DNA from: Chloroflexota bacterium
Lineage (GTDB): Bacteria > Chloroflexota > Anaerolineae > UBA1429
Direction: 5' to 3'
DNA: 63,039 bases
NCBI GenBank assembly: GCA_034722245.1
Contig: JAYENT010000013.1
Location: 3,496-66,534 of the forward strand
The notes beneath the pieces are model-generated. The model saw only the letters and a program-made list of their open reading frames with translations. It ran no database searches and was not told the DNA's origin. The translations under genes and the position numbers were made by a program. The stretch's first letter is position 1. Each line of letters starts with the position of its first letter. Of the stretch, positions 10,473 through 19,730 are shown piece after piece.

Positions 10473-11217
10473 TGCTACGCATCGCGTGGTGACCGTGCGA
10501 AAAGTGGTTAGTGAGGGAGAGACTGGTGTTACCCTAATTTTCGATAATTCGATTGTGGCGGATGCGGGGCAATTCGTCATGGTCTGGCTGCCGGATGTGG
10601 GGGAGCGCCCTTTTAGCGTGATGGATGATTACCCGCTGAGTCTCACAATAGCGGACGTTGGTCCTTTTACACACGCCCTTTGTGCCCTGTCTTGCGGTGA
10701 TCGGTTATGGATCCGTGGCCCCTATGGAAAAGGGTTCCGCATTGAGGGACGTCGGCATCTCTTGGTGGCGGGGGGAAGTGGGGCAGCCTCCCTTGCGCTG
10801 GTGGCCAAAGTGGCGCGGCGTCAAGGAGATCGCGTTATCGTATTCTTGGGTGCAGGGACTGAGTCTCATCTCATGCTTCGCTGGCGCTTTGGGGAACTGG
10901 GGTGCCGGCTGATTGTGGCTACAGACGATGGATCAGAAGGTTACCAGGGCAGTGTGCTGGACGCCCTGCAGAATTGGAGAGAGGACATCGTTGCGGATAT
11001 GGTCTACGGCTGCGGGCCAGAGCCCATGCTGGCGGCGCTGGCCCAATACGCTCAGAAAACCGATGTCCCCTTGCAGGTGAGCTTAGAGGCCGTTATGAAA
11101 TGCGGCTTGGGCGTGTGTGGCAATTGCCATCGAGGTGACCGGCTAGTATGCAAGGATGGTCCCGTCTTCAGCGGCCAGGTCTTTTCTCACGCTCTACAGC
11201 TGGACGAGATGTCCTAG
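10465..11217 (+). CDS. pyrK: Dihydroorotate dehydrogenase electron-transfer subunit
   Basis: GQFVMVW, ERPFS, RGPYGKGF, CGPEPM, CGLGVCGNC..C [2Fe-2S] motif. Overlaps pyrD. Confidence 0.92.
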   Translation: MTDATHRVVTVRKVVSEGETGVTLIFDNSIVADAGQFVMVWLPDVGERPFSVMDDYPLSLTIADVGPFTHALCALSCGDRLWIRGPYGKGFRIEGRRHLLVAGGSGAASLALVAKVARRQGDRVIVFLGAGTESHLMLRWRFGELGCRLIVATDDGSEGYQGSVLDALQNWREDIVADMVYGCGPEPMLAALAQYAQKTDVPLQVSLEAVMKCGLGVCGNCHRGDRLVCKDGPVFSGQVFSHALQLDEMS

Positions 11218-11981
11218 AAGCCAGGGATTAGGCCCAAATAGCGGATCGATAGCACAGCCAGCATGATTCCCAGTACTGCTCGGACCAATCCCTCGCCCTT
11301 TTCCACGGCCAATCTGCTGGCAAGCCAGCCCCCCACGCCGTTTCCGACGGCGAGTATCAGTCCCAGGATCCAGTTGACCTGACCCTTTAGCGCAAATGTC
11401 CCCAAGGCAAAGAGCGTGTACGTAGCGATGATAAAGACCTTGTGGCTGTTGGCCTGTACCAGATTCAGCCCCGCGACCACGACGAGAGAGGCGATGAGCA
11501 AGAACCCCACGCCTGCCTGAATGGCACCCCCGTATATGCCCACGACAAAGAGGGCGACGGCTCCGAGGAGCTTACGCTTTGGCGTCATTTCTATCTGGCG
11601 CTCCTTGAACCAGCGTGTGGGCCTGATGACGAGGATAACTAGCATCATGAGCATGGCCACAGCCATGAATCTGCGGAAAATCGTGGTGGGTAGATCTATG
11701 ACCAGGTAGGCGCCAAGAACGGCGCCTAGAAGGGCTGGGATGGCGAACTGTATGCTCAACTTGGCATCCGAGATCCCTTTGCTTCGAAAACCCAATATGG
11801 CCATGATCGTCTGCACCTCCACGGCCACACGGTTCGTTCCATTTGCCATGATGATGGGAAGACCGGTTAATTCAAGTGCTGCGATGGTAAGGAAGGATCC
11901 CCCGCCGGCCATAGTGTTGACAAAGCCTGCCACCAGGCCCGCGACGAGTATGATGATGATCTGGGTTACCGATGCATTCAT
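11214..11981 (-). CDS. TauE/SafE (TSUP) family membrane transporter
   Basis: About 8 TM helices, AGFVNTMAGGGSFLT, ANGTN, YGGAIQAGVG. Confidence 0.88.
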   Translation of the reverse strand: MNASVTQIIIILVAGLVAGFVNTMAGGGSFLTIAALELTGLPIIMANGTNRVAVEVQTIMAILGFRSKGISDAKLSIQFAIPALLGAVLGAYLVIDLPTTIFRRFMAVAMLMMLVILVIRPTRWFKERQIEMTPKRKLLGAVALFVVGIYGGAIQAGVGFLLIASLVVVAGLNLVQANSHKVFIIATYTLFALGTFALKGQVNWILGLILAVGNGVGGWLASRLAVEKGEGLVRAVLGIMLAVLSIRYLGLIPGF

Positions 11982-12108
11982 TTATGCTCCCCCGATGCTA
12001 CCGTTAGCAAACAGGGAATATTATACTGGCCTCCCATCTGCTGTAAAAGCCGTCGGGGGAGCGATTTTGTGGCCGATACTCCAAACGTTTCGAGCGGGAA
12101 GAGTGTAA

Positions 12109-12137
12109 TTGACGTTCCCTGATGCCTCTTCTATAAT
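12109..12137 (+). promoter_or_regulatory. sigma70-type promoter for the lar cluster
   Basis: TTGACG-N17-TATAAT, 35 bp upstream of larE. Confidence 0.7.
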
Positions 12138-12171
12138 TCCTCTCTAGTCTTGTCTATAAAGTTGCAGGGGT

Positions 12172-13002
12172 TTGGGATTGAACACGCGTGACGCTCTCCA
12201 TGACAAAGAGGAAGCGCTATACGGCATACTATCAAAAATGGACCGCGTCTACGTGGCGTTCTCTGGCGGCGTTGATAGTGCATATCTGCTGGCCGCCTGT
12301 TTGGACGTGCTTGGCCCCGATAGCGTCCTGGCTCTGACCATCGATTCGCCCCTAGTGCCCGATGCTGAGCTGGAGACTGCCCAGGAGATAGCGTCTCTCT
12401 TGGGCGCGCGGCAGCGGGTCGTTCCCTTTGATGAGTTGGAGGTGGATGGAGTCATCTCCAATCCACCACGTCGCTGCTACCATTGCAAGAGAGCGCGTTT
12501 TGAGATGCTGTTAACTCTGGCACAGGAATTGGATGACGGTCAACTCCTGCATGGGGAGAACGCCGATGATCAGAAGGAATATCGTCCCGGCGCGGCCGCG
12601 GCACGGGAGTTGGGCGTGCGCGCGCCTTTGGCTGAGGCCGGCCTGACAAAGGATAACATTCGCCGCTTATCGCGGGAACGGGGGTTGCCCGGCTGGGATC
12701 GGCCGGCGACGGCTTGCCTGGCCACACGTTTTCCTTATGGCACGTCTTTGACACGGGAGGGGCTCGAAAGGGTAGAGGAGGCCGAGGGTCTGTTGCATGA
12801 TCTGTTGCCCATTTCTCAGCTTCGCGTTCGCGATCACTATCCTGTGGCGCGTATCGAGGTGCCCCCGGACCGTGTGAGAGATGTAATCCGGCAGGATCTG
12901 CGGACGGCTCTTGTGAAGGGGTTGCATGAGATTGGTTATCGCTATGTGACATTGGATCTTGAGGGATATCGCATGGGAAGTATGGATGAGTCGATCGAAT
13001 AG
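12172..13002 (+). CDS. larE: ATP-dependent sulfur insertase LarE (NPN cofactor biosynthesis)
   Basis: PP-loop AFSGGVDS, NPPRRCYHCK, G.NADD...RPG, KDNIR, ACLATRFPYG, RVRDH..ARIEV, GYRMGS. Confidence 0.92.
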   Translation: MGLNTRDALHDKEEALYGILSKMDRVYVAFSGGVDSAYLLAACLDVLGPDSVLALTIDSPLVPDAELETAQEIASLLGARQRVVPFDELEVDGVISNPPRRCYHCKRARFEMLLTLAQELDDGQLLHGENADDQKEYRPGAAAARELGVRAPLAEAGLTKDNIRRLSRERGLPGWDRPATACLATRFPYGTSLTREGLERVEEAEGLLHDLLPISQLRVRDHYPVARIEVPPDRVRDVIRQDLRTALVKGLHEIGYRYVTLDLEGYRMGSMDESIE

Positions 13003-13738
13003 CGCGGATCTCCACGAAGCATCATTTGCCCGCCCGGATTATGAACGGGAGCGCCGCAAGGGCGTGCCAGAGATCGTTCTTACCGACACGAAGACGGTCT
13101 CGCAGAGTTTGGCTATCGCCGCTTCCCTTCTGGAAGGCAACGGGCGGGCCATTCTAAGTCGCGTTTCGCCCGATTTGCGCAGGGCGTTAGAAGAGGAATA
13201 CGGATCTGAGGGCTTTGAGTGGTATCCTGCCTCTCGTATGGCCGTCGTGCATGCGGAGGGGTTTGAGGTGCCAGCGAGTGGAGGGCACGTCGGCATCATC
13301 AGCGCGGGCACCTCCGACCAGCCCGCGGCACAGGAGGCGGCGATTGTCTGCCGGGAGATGGGATGTGACGTGCATGTAGTTCATGACGTGGGAGTAGCGG
13401 GCCTGCACCGTCTATTTGGGCCCCTGGAGCGACTCTTGGACGAGGAAAACGTGGATGTCATCATTGTCGCGGCGGGGATGGATGGCGCGCTTCCGTCCGT
13501 GGTGTCCGGTTTGGTGGATGTGCCTGTCCTCGGCCTGCCCACCTCCGTGGGTTATGGCATGGGCGGCGGGGGGGAGGCAGCGTTGCTGGCTATGCTGCAG
13601 ACGTGCTCTCCGGGATTGGCTGTTGTGAATATCGACAACGGGGTGGGGGCAGGCGTGATGGCTGCACTGATTGCCGATCGCGTGGCTTCTGCCCGCAGCG
13701 GTGTTGGCAGAAAGTCGCGCGAAGGCGGTCAGAAGTGA
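12986..13738 (+). CDS. larB: Nickel-pincer cofactor biosynthesis carboxylase/hydrolase LarB
   Basis: R.RRKGVPE, AGTSD, DVGVAGLHR, AGMDGALPSVV, PTSVGYG, C.PG..VVNIDNG.GA. Confidence 0.93.
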   Translation: MSRSNSADLHEASFARPDYERERRKGVPEIVLTDTKTVSQSLAIAASLLEGNGRAILSRVSPDLRRALEEEYGSEGFEWYPASRMAVVHAEGFEVPASGGHVGIISAGTSDQPAAQEAAIVCREMGCDVHVVHDVGVAGLHRLFGPLERLLDEENVDVIIVAAGMDGALPSVVSGLVDVPVLGLPTSVGYGMGGGGEAALLAMLQTCSPGLAVVNIDNGVGAGVMAALIADRVASARSGVGRKSREGGQK

Positions 13739-14229
13739 CCTTACTGGATGGGTGTTATGATCGTGTGGTCGTCCTGCAATGCAATATAGACGACATGACG
13801 GGGGAGGAATTAGGATTCGCTCTTGAGCGGATCCTAAGTGAGGGCGCACTCGACGCATGGTTTACCCCCATCTATATGAAAAAGAACCGGCCCGCTGTGG
13901 TGCTTTCTGTTCTTTGCCGCGCAGGTGAGGCGCCCGAGTTTCGGAACCTTTTGTTGCGCGAGACCAGCACGCTGGGCGTGCGGTGGCAAGCCATGGAAAG
14001 GGAGATTGCTGAGCGTCGGCTCGAACGTGTGGACACACCCTGGGGAGCGGTGAGGTGCAAGGTCAAGCTCCTGGCAGGCCATGTAGTGAGCGCCAAACCC
14101 GAATTTCAAGACTGCGCCGATTTGGCGCGACAGCACGATTTGCCATTGCGACACGTTATGAAAGTGGCAGAGAGGGCCATCGGCAAAAGCATGTCGGATT
14201 GGCCTCCCGAGACGGGGGAGGAGTCATGA
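13735..14229 (+). CDS. larC: LarC C-terminal domain only (LarC2-like nickel insertase part)
   Basis: CNIDDMTGE.LG, GALDAWFTPIYMKKNRP, ETSTLGVR, TPWG.VRCK, KPEFQDC. GTG overlaps the larB stop (GTGA). The N-terminal LarC half is absent. Confidence 0.85.
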   Translation: MTLLDGCYDRVVVLQCNIDDMTGEELGFALERILSEGALDAWFTPIYMKKNRPAVVLSVLCRAGEAPEFRNLLLRETSTLGVRWQAMEREIAERRLERVDTPWGAVRCKVKLLAGHVVSAKPEFQDCADLARQHDLPLRHVMKVAERAIGKSMSDWPPETGEES

Positions 14230-14852
14230 AGGAGATCCTTTGCTATGGGGACTCGAATACGTGGGGCTATGATCCTCGGAACGGGGGTAGGTATCCGAGG
14301 GACGTGCGCTGGACGGGGGTGCTGCAGGCGGAACTGGGGAGAGGGTACCACGTGATCGAGGAGGGGCTCAATGGAAGAACGACGGTGTGGGAGGATCCTA
14401 TAGAGGGATACAAGAGTGGCAAAGCGTATCTTACACCCTGTCTTGAAACGCATAAGCCTTTGGATTTGGTCATCATCATGCTGGGCACCAATGATCTCAA
14501 ACATCGCTTCTCCCTCACGGCATTCGACATTGCTGCTGGGGCGGGCACGTTGGTGGATATGGTGAAGAGCAGTCAGGCGGGCAGGGACGATGCCCCTCCG
14601 CAGGTGCTGCTCATCGTGCCGCCTCGTCTGGGGCGACTCACGATCTTTGGGGATATGTTTCGGGATGGCCGCCAAAAGTCCGAGGCGTTACTAACGCATT
14701 ATCGGGCTGTGGCAGAGGAGAGAGCCTGTCACCTTTTGGATGCCGGCGAAATAGTCGAAAGCAGCGAGGTGGATGGTGTGCATCTTGAGCCCGAGGGACA
14801 CCACGCATTGGGCTTGGCAGTGGCCGAAAAGGTAAGAGAAATCCTTCCCTGA
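14226..14852 (+). CDS. SGNH/GDSL hydrolase
   Basis: ILCYGDSNTWG, EEGLNGRTT, MLGTND, DGVH. ATGA overlap with larC. Confidence 0.92.
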   Translation: MKEILCYGDSNTWGYDPRNGGRYPRDVRWTGVLQAELGRGYHVIEEGLNGRTTVWEDPIEGYKSGKAYLTPCLETHKPLDLVIIMLGTNDLKHRFSLTAFDIAAGAGTLVDMVKSSQAGRDDAPPQVLLIVPPRLGRLTIFGDMFRDGRQKSEALLTHYRAVAEERACHLLDAGEIVESSEVDGVHLEPEGHHALGLAVAEKVREILP

Positions 14853-14879
14853 GATAGTGGAAGGCGGTCAGTTCTTGGG

Positions 14880-14917
14880 GCGGATATCCGCGAGATTACG
14901 TATCGGGGGATATCCGC
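14880..14917. terminator. Hairpin between convergent genes
   Basis: GCGGATATCC...GGATATCCGC inverted repeat whose arms are themselves palindromic. Confidence 0.5.
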
Positions 14918-14935
14918 GCGTTTGGTGGCTATGGT

Positions 14936-15709
14936 TCATATGGTATTCAGGGGGAGTTCCCTTCCCACCCAGGGACTGGTGCGCTCGAACGCCTCAGCGT
15001 ATTCGATGTCTGTGCGGCCTGCAAGGCGCTGGGCTTGAAAAGCCCGTCGCTTTGCCACGTCGGTGTACCAAGGCAGTAGGAACGGCTGCCCACGATGGAA
15101 GGCGCCCAAGGCCTCGTGCTTGATATCCCAGACGTCGGTTACGTCCACATAGAAGTCGGGATTGAAGCCTTCGAGTTCCGTCAGAGGGATGGTGGCCTCG
15201 AAGAGGAACGTCTCTGGACGTCTATGGGGAGGGAGGTTCACCTCCAGGCCAGCGGCACCGGTCATCTGCGTTGCCCGCTTGACCAGATTATAGGTGGTGT
15301 CATGGTCCACGCTCCGGGGGTCCGGCCCGTGATGCGTGAGAACGACATCTGGCTGGAAATCACGGATTTCGACGGCCAGCAGCTTGGCGCGTTCCGAAGA
15401 GTACTCGAAGCTGAGGTCTCCCCAGTTGAGGAATCGGATGTCGGCCCCCAGAATCTCTGCAGCCTGTGTGGCCTCTTGCTGACGTATGCGCCTGACCTCC
15501 TCCAGTGATGGCCTCTCTTCTCCCTCCGCGAATTCGATGATATCCGAACCGAGCGGGACTCGGCCGTACAATCCACCGGATTCAGAACGCTCGCCGAAAG
15601 ACAGGGCCACGACGCGAACCATATGACCTTCCTGCACATATCGAGCTATAGTCCCACCGGCTCGAGAGCAGAAATCGGCACTGTGGGCGCTAAAGACCAG
15701 GATTCTCAT
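14936..15709 (-). CDS. PIG-L/LmbE family metalloenzyme, GalB (4-oxalomesaconate hydratase)-like
   Basis: SAHSADF..RAGG.IA, LSFGERSES, R..EA..AAEILGA, DP.S.DH, PDFYVDVTDVWD.K. Resembles GalB as I recall it. Confidence 0.75.
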   Translation of the reverse strand: MRILVFSAHSADFCSRAGGTIARYVQEGHMVRVVALSFGERSESGGLYGRVPLGSDIIEFAEGEERPSLEEVRRIRQQEATQAAEILGADIRFLNWGDLSFEYSSERAKLLAVEIRDFQPDVVLTHHGPDPRSVDHDTTYNLVKRATQMTGAAGLEVNLPPHRRPETFLFEATIPLTELEGFNPDFYVDVTDVWDIKHEALGAFHRGQPFLLPWYTDVAKRRAFQAQRLAGRTDIEYAEAFERTSPWVGRELPLNTI

Positions 15710-15744
15710 TTTGTATGCCTCCTTTTACGTTAGGGAGATGATCC

Positions 15745-16734
15745 TTATGATTGGACAGCTTGAAGCAGGGCTTTGATGTATCCGAAGCAGAATGCGCGAG
15801 CGCGGTGCCCGTATGGACTATCCAGCGAGGACAGGGGTACATGATCGGGAATGATCACGCCATCGTATCCCACCTCTTGGTAGATCTGGAGCGCTTTGAG
15901 CATATCTATATCGCCCTCATCGGGAAGAACCTCATCGAATTTCAGGAATCCGCCACGGATATTGCGAAAATGCACCCAAAAGATCCGTTTGCGACTGCCA
16001 AAGTAGCGGATGGCTTCATAGACCTGATCCGGGGTGGTACACATCTCGCTTATAGTGCCCTGACAGAAATTCAGTCCATGGTAGGGGCTATCGCTCAAGT
16101 CGATGAAACGTTTTACACCTTCGATATTTCCCAGCACGCGCTCGATGCCCCTGTAGCCCACGCCGCGCGGCATGCCGGGATCATGCTGATGGCACCCCAT
16201 CTTGACGCCAAACTCTTCGGCCACGGGGATGACGCGCTCCACAAAATACGCAATGCGCTCCCACGCTTCATCGGTGGTTACTGGGGCATATGGAAGTGGC
16301 GGATCGTCCTTCAGTTCCTCATAGTCGAAATGGCTGTAGGTGAGCCCGCCGCGCCCCGGCGTGCGATATGCGGTTCGTATCACGGGAAGGATGGCCAGGT
16401 TATATAGCAAGAGGGGTATTCCTGCCTTGGCGGCCGCCTCGATGCATTGATGGACCTTTTCTATTTCCTCGTCACGGCCAGGCGTGCCCATCATGATATG
16501 GGGCCAGATTTGTCTATCGATGCCCGCCGAGGTCAGGGGCAAGTGCATGGCTGCCAACTTGAGATCGAAAGACTCAACGTGCTCTCTCACTCGCATGAGG
16601 GCATCAGCATGCCAGTATCCATCCTCTTCTAGGCCAAGGCCATCGCGTGGCGAGGTGTCTATATGCCTCACGCCCATCTGTCGGACGAAGGCCAGATTTT
16701 CATCTGTGTAGGGTATTTGTGCGCCAACGTACAT
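15745..16734 (-). CDS. uxuA: Mannonate dehydratase (UxuA) family protein
   Basis: YFVERVIPVAEE.GV, H.HDP, GLNFCQG, VHFRN, E..PDEGDIDM, IPDHVP, FCFGYIKAL. Confidence 0.82.
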   Translation of the reverse strand: MYVGAQIPYTDENLAFVRQMGVRHIDTSPRDGLGLEEDGYWHADALMRVREHVESFDLKLAAMHLPLTSAGIDRQIWPHIMMGTPGRDEEIEKVHQCIEAAAKAGIPLLLYNLAILPVIRTAYRTPGRGGLTYSHFDYEELKDDPPLPYAPVTTDEAWERIAYFVERVIPVAEEFGVKMGCHQHDPGMPRGVGYRGIERVLGNIEGVKRFIDLSDSPYHGLNFCQGTISEMCTTPDQVYEAIRYFGSRKRIFWVHFRNIRGGFLKFDEVLPDEGDIDMLKALQIYQEVGYDGVIIPDHVPLSSLDSPYGHRARAFCFGYIKALLQAVQS

Positions 16735-16907
16735 TTTTCTCCTCCAAATTCCAAGGTCATTCGGCGCCGATTATACTCGGTTTGCGAGATATTTGCATAT
16801 GAAGCGCGATCATCGTATGGGCGAGTGCCGCGACGGGTGCTGGCCCCGGTTTCGATTTCAACCTTTGGGTAGAGTGATTATACTGTATGTGAAAGGGAGC
16901 GGAAGCT

Positions 16908-18017
16908 ATGAAGCTTGTTGTCTTGCGATATGGCGAGTTATCTCTCAAGGGAGGTAACCGCCGAGAATATATACGCCGCTTGCGCCAAAACGTGCGCAGT
17001 TGTCTTGCGGGGCATAACATGAGGGGACGAGTGGAATCCGTGCACAGGCGGCTCTACGTGTGGACCGATCAGGCAGACGCTGCAGCAGAGCACCTTGGGC
17101 GCATCTTTGGATTGTCCTCAGTTAGTCCGGCCGTCGCGGTACCTCGGGATATGAGCGCTATCGTTGCTGAGGGAGTGCGTCAGGCGCGAGAAGCGGGCGG
17201 TGGATCGGGAGTTTCCTTTCGTGTTCGTGTAAAACGGGCCGATAAGACCTTTCCCTACATATCGCCCGAGATAGAGCGTCTCGTGGGCAGAGCTGTTCTC
17301 GGAAGTGTGGGAGGCACGGTTGATCTCTCCGACGATGCCGATCTCACCATCGGCGTTGAGGTGTCGCGAGAGCGGGCGATAGTGTTTCATCGCGTCGTGC
17401 CCGGCTTTGGAGGATTCCCCGTGGGCATCGAGGGCCGTGTGGTGGCTCTCATATCGGGTGGAATCGATTCCCCTGTGGCCGCCTGGATGATGATGAAGCG
17501 GGGGTGTGGTGTCGTTCCGCTGCATTTTGCTCAGAATGAAATTGAGAAGCGCAAGGCGCTTGACAATATAGAGGTGCTGAAGCGGTACAGTTATGGGTGG
17601 GATCTGCGTCCCATTATTGAGGATCACCAAGAGCTGATCGCAGACCTTCTGGAACGCCTTCGGCGCGTGAACGCGCTTCGCTGGACGTGCATCTTTTGTA
17701 AACGCGCCCTTCTTCTAAGGGCGTCGCGCATCGCGGAAGACTTGGGGGCGCACGCCGTCGTCATGGGGGATTCTCTGGGTCAGGTCGCGAGTCAGAGTCT
17801 GGCCAACCTCGAAGCCATCTCTTCAGGGATTCCCAAACCTGTTCTGCGACCCCTTATTGGTATGGAGAAGCTTGAGATCATAGAGTTGGCCAAAAAGATT
17901 GGTACCTTTGGCATATCGATCAGGGCTCAGCAGGAGTGTCCCTTTCTGCCGGCGCATCCGATAACGGCTGCCGATATGGATGAATTCCGTGAGATCAAGC
18001 AAGCGATTGGTATGTAG
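16908..18017 (+). CDS. thiI: tRNA 4-thiouridine synthase ThiI (THUMP + PP-loop, no rhodanese domain)
   Basis: RYGELSLKGGNR, THUMP domain, GGFPVG, LISGGIDSPVA, GDSLGQVASQ, RPLIG. Confidence 0.93.
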   Translation: MKLVVLRYGELSLKGGNRREYIRRLRQNVRSCLAGHNMRGRVESVHRRLYVWTDQADAAAEHLGRIFGLSSVSPAVAVPRDMSAIVAEGVRQAREAGGGSGVSFRVRVKRADKTFPYISPEIERLVGRAVLGSVGGTVDLSDDADLTIGVEVSRERAIVFHRVVPGFGGFPVGIEGRVVALISGGIDSPVAAWMMMKRGCGVVPLHFAQNEIEKRKALDNIEVLKRYSYGWDLRPIIEDHQELIADLLERLRRVNALRWTCIFCKRALLLRASRIAEDLGAHAVVMGDSLGQVASQSLANLEAISSGIPKPVLRPLIGMEKLEIIELAKKIGTFGISIRAQQECPFLPAHPITAADMDEFREIKQAIGM

Positions 18018-18061
18018 GTGATGGTAGGGGAGCATTCAGTGAAACGCGAGAGGGGGCACTT

Positions 18062-19639
18062 ATGAATGCGTCTGAGCGACAAGCGCTCAAAACAAGCGAA
18101 AGGCAATCGGGCATCCTATGTCATCTGACGTGTATGCCGAGCCGGTTCGGCATTGGGGATATGGGGGCAGGGGTTCGTCAGTTTCTTGATTTCCTGCAAG
18201 ATGCGGGGCAGACTTTGTGGCAGATTCTGCCGCTGGGGCCCACTGGCTATGGGAATTCGCCCTATCAGCCCTTTTCGGCGTTTGCGGGGAGTCCTCTGCT
18301 TATCGATCTCGAGCAGCTGGTTACAGAGGGCCTTCTCAATGAGGACGACTTCGCACCCTCCTTTTCCTTGCCTGCCGATGAGGTTTTGTATGACAAGGTA
18401 AGGGAATTTAAGGATCTCGCGTTAAGACGTTCCTATCAGAACTTTTTGGATTCCAGGTCGGAATCTCTGAAAAGGGCACAGAAAGCTTTTGAGGAGAGAA
18501 ATGATTTTTGGCTGGAGGATTTCGGTCTATTCATGGCTTTGAAGCGGCACTTTGATGATGCCGTGTGGACGGATTGGGATCGGGATATCGCGCTGCGCGA
18601 GCATCGTGCTCTAGCGTACTGGCGGGAGAGGCTTAACAAGGAGGTCGATTACCAAAAGTACCTTCAATTTCTCTTTGATAGGCAATGGCGGCGGGTGCGA
18701 GCATATGCTCATGAGAGGGGGATAGAAATCCTCGGCGATGTTCCCATTTTTGTGGGGCATGACAGTGCCGACGTTTGGAGCCATCGCGAGCTGTTCAGGT
18801 TGGACGAAGACGGTTCTCCTACCGTCGTGGCCGGCGTGCCGCCCGACTATTTCAGTCCCACAGGCCAGCTTTGGGGCAATCCTCACTATCGCTGGGATGT
18901 GATGAGGGGAAACAGCTATGCCTGGTGGGCGTCGCGTCTGGCAAGCACTTTTTCTCGCGTGGATAAAATACGTATGGATCATTTTCGCGGATTTGCCGGG
19001 TATTGGGAGATTCCTGCGGATGCGGAGACGGCTGCGAGCGGGCGCTGGGTGAGGGGGCCGGGCGCGCATTTCTTTCAGACGTTGAAGGAGGAGTTGGGCG
19101 AGTTGCCTATCATTGCGGAAGATCTGGGCGTAATAACCAAAGATGTGGAAGAACTGCGCAAAGCGTTCGGTTTCCCTGGGATGAAAGTGCTCCAGTTTGC
19201 CTTTGGGTCGGATGCCACCAATACGGCGCTGCCTCACAACTATGTGCCCAACATGGTGGCTTATACGGGGACCCACGATAACGATACCAGTTTGGGGTGG
19301 TACGATTCCTTGGACGAAGAGACTAAACATAAGGTTCGCGTTTATACGGGCACAGATGGCAGCAACATAAATTGGACGCTTATGAGATTGGCCATGATCT
19401 CTGTTGCGAAGATAGTGATATTTCCCCTGCAAGATGTGCTTGGACTGGGCACGGAGGCACGCTTGAATGTCCCTGGCAAGCCGCAAGGCAATTGGACGTG
19501 GCGCTACAGGGCGGAGAATCTTGATGAGGGCATAGCCGAGACCCTGCGAGAACTGTCGGCTGCCTCTGGGCGTTGGATCAACGGCAAGGAGGAAGAGCGC
19601 AGGCGCCTATTCCCCGAGATCTCGTATGCGGAGCCTTGA
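18062..19639 (+). CDS. malQ: 4-alpha-glucanotransferase (amylomaltase, GH77)
   Basis: WQILPLGPT..SPY, GDVPIFV..DSADVW, GVPPDYFS.TGQLWGNP, RMDHFRG, IAEDLG, YTGTHDN. Confidence 0.95.
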   Translation: MNASERQALKTSERQSGILCHLTCMPSRFGIGDMGAGVRQFLDFLQDAGQTLWQILPLGPTGYGNSPYQPFSAFAGSPLLIDLEQLVTEGLLNEDDFAPSFSLPADEVLYDKVREFKDLALRRSYQNFLDSRSESLKRAQKAFEERNDFWLEDFGLFMALKRHFDDAVWTDWDRDIALREHRALAYWRERLNKEVDYQKYLQFLFDRQWRRVRAYAHERGIEILGDVPIFVGHDSADVWSHRELFRLDEDGSPTVVAGVPPDYFSPTGQLWGNPHYRWDVMRGNSYAWWASRLASTFSRVDKIRMDHFRGFAGYWEIPADAETAASGRWVRGPGAHFFQTLKEELGELPIIAEDLGVITKDVEELRKAFGFPGMKVLQFAFGSDATNTALPHNYVPNMVAYTGTHDNDTSLGWYDSLDEETKHKVRVYTGTDGSNINWTLMRLAMISVAKIVIFPLQDVLGLGTEARLNVPGKPQGNWTWRYRAENLDEGIAETLRELSAASGRWINGKEEERRRLFPEISYAEP

Positions 19640-19688
19640 GCCGCCCCTGCGGTGGCATGATAGAGCGTTTTTAGTTCCACGCGGGGGT

Positions 19689-19719
19689 GATGGCCAGTTC
19701 GCGTCGCGAACTGGCCATC
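19689..19719. terminator. Perfect 15-bp inverted repeat between convergent genes
   Basis: GATGGCCAGTTCGCG-t-CGCGAACTGGCCATC. Confidence 0.65.
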
Positions 19720-19730
19720 GTCGTCTTCGT

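Noticed and set aside
13387-13738. Open -1 frame across the larB 3' end that could give a LarB-LarC2 frameshift fusion
   Set aside because: There is no convincing slippery site near the junction, a shift at the G-run (~13568) would remove conserved LarB motifs, and the GTGA overlap already explains coupling.
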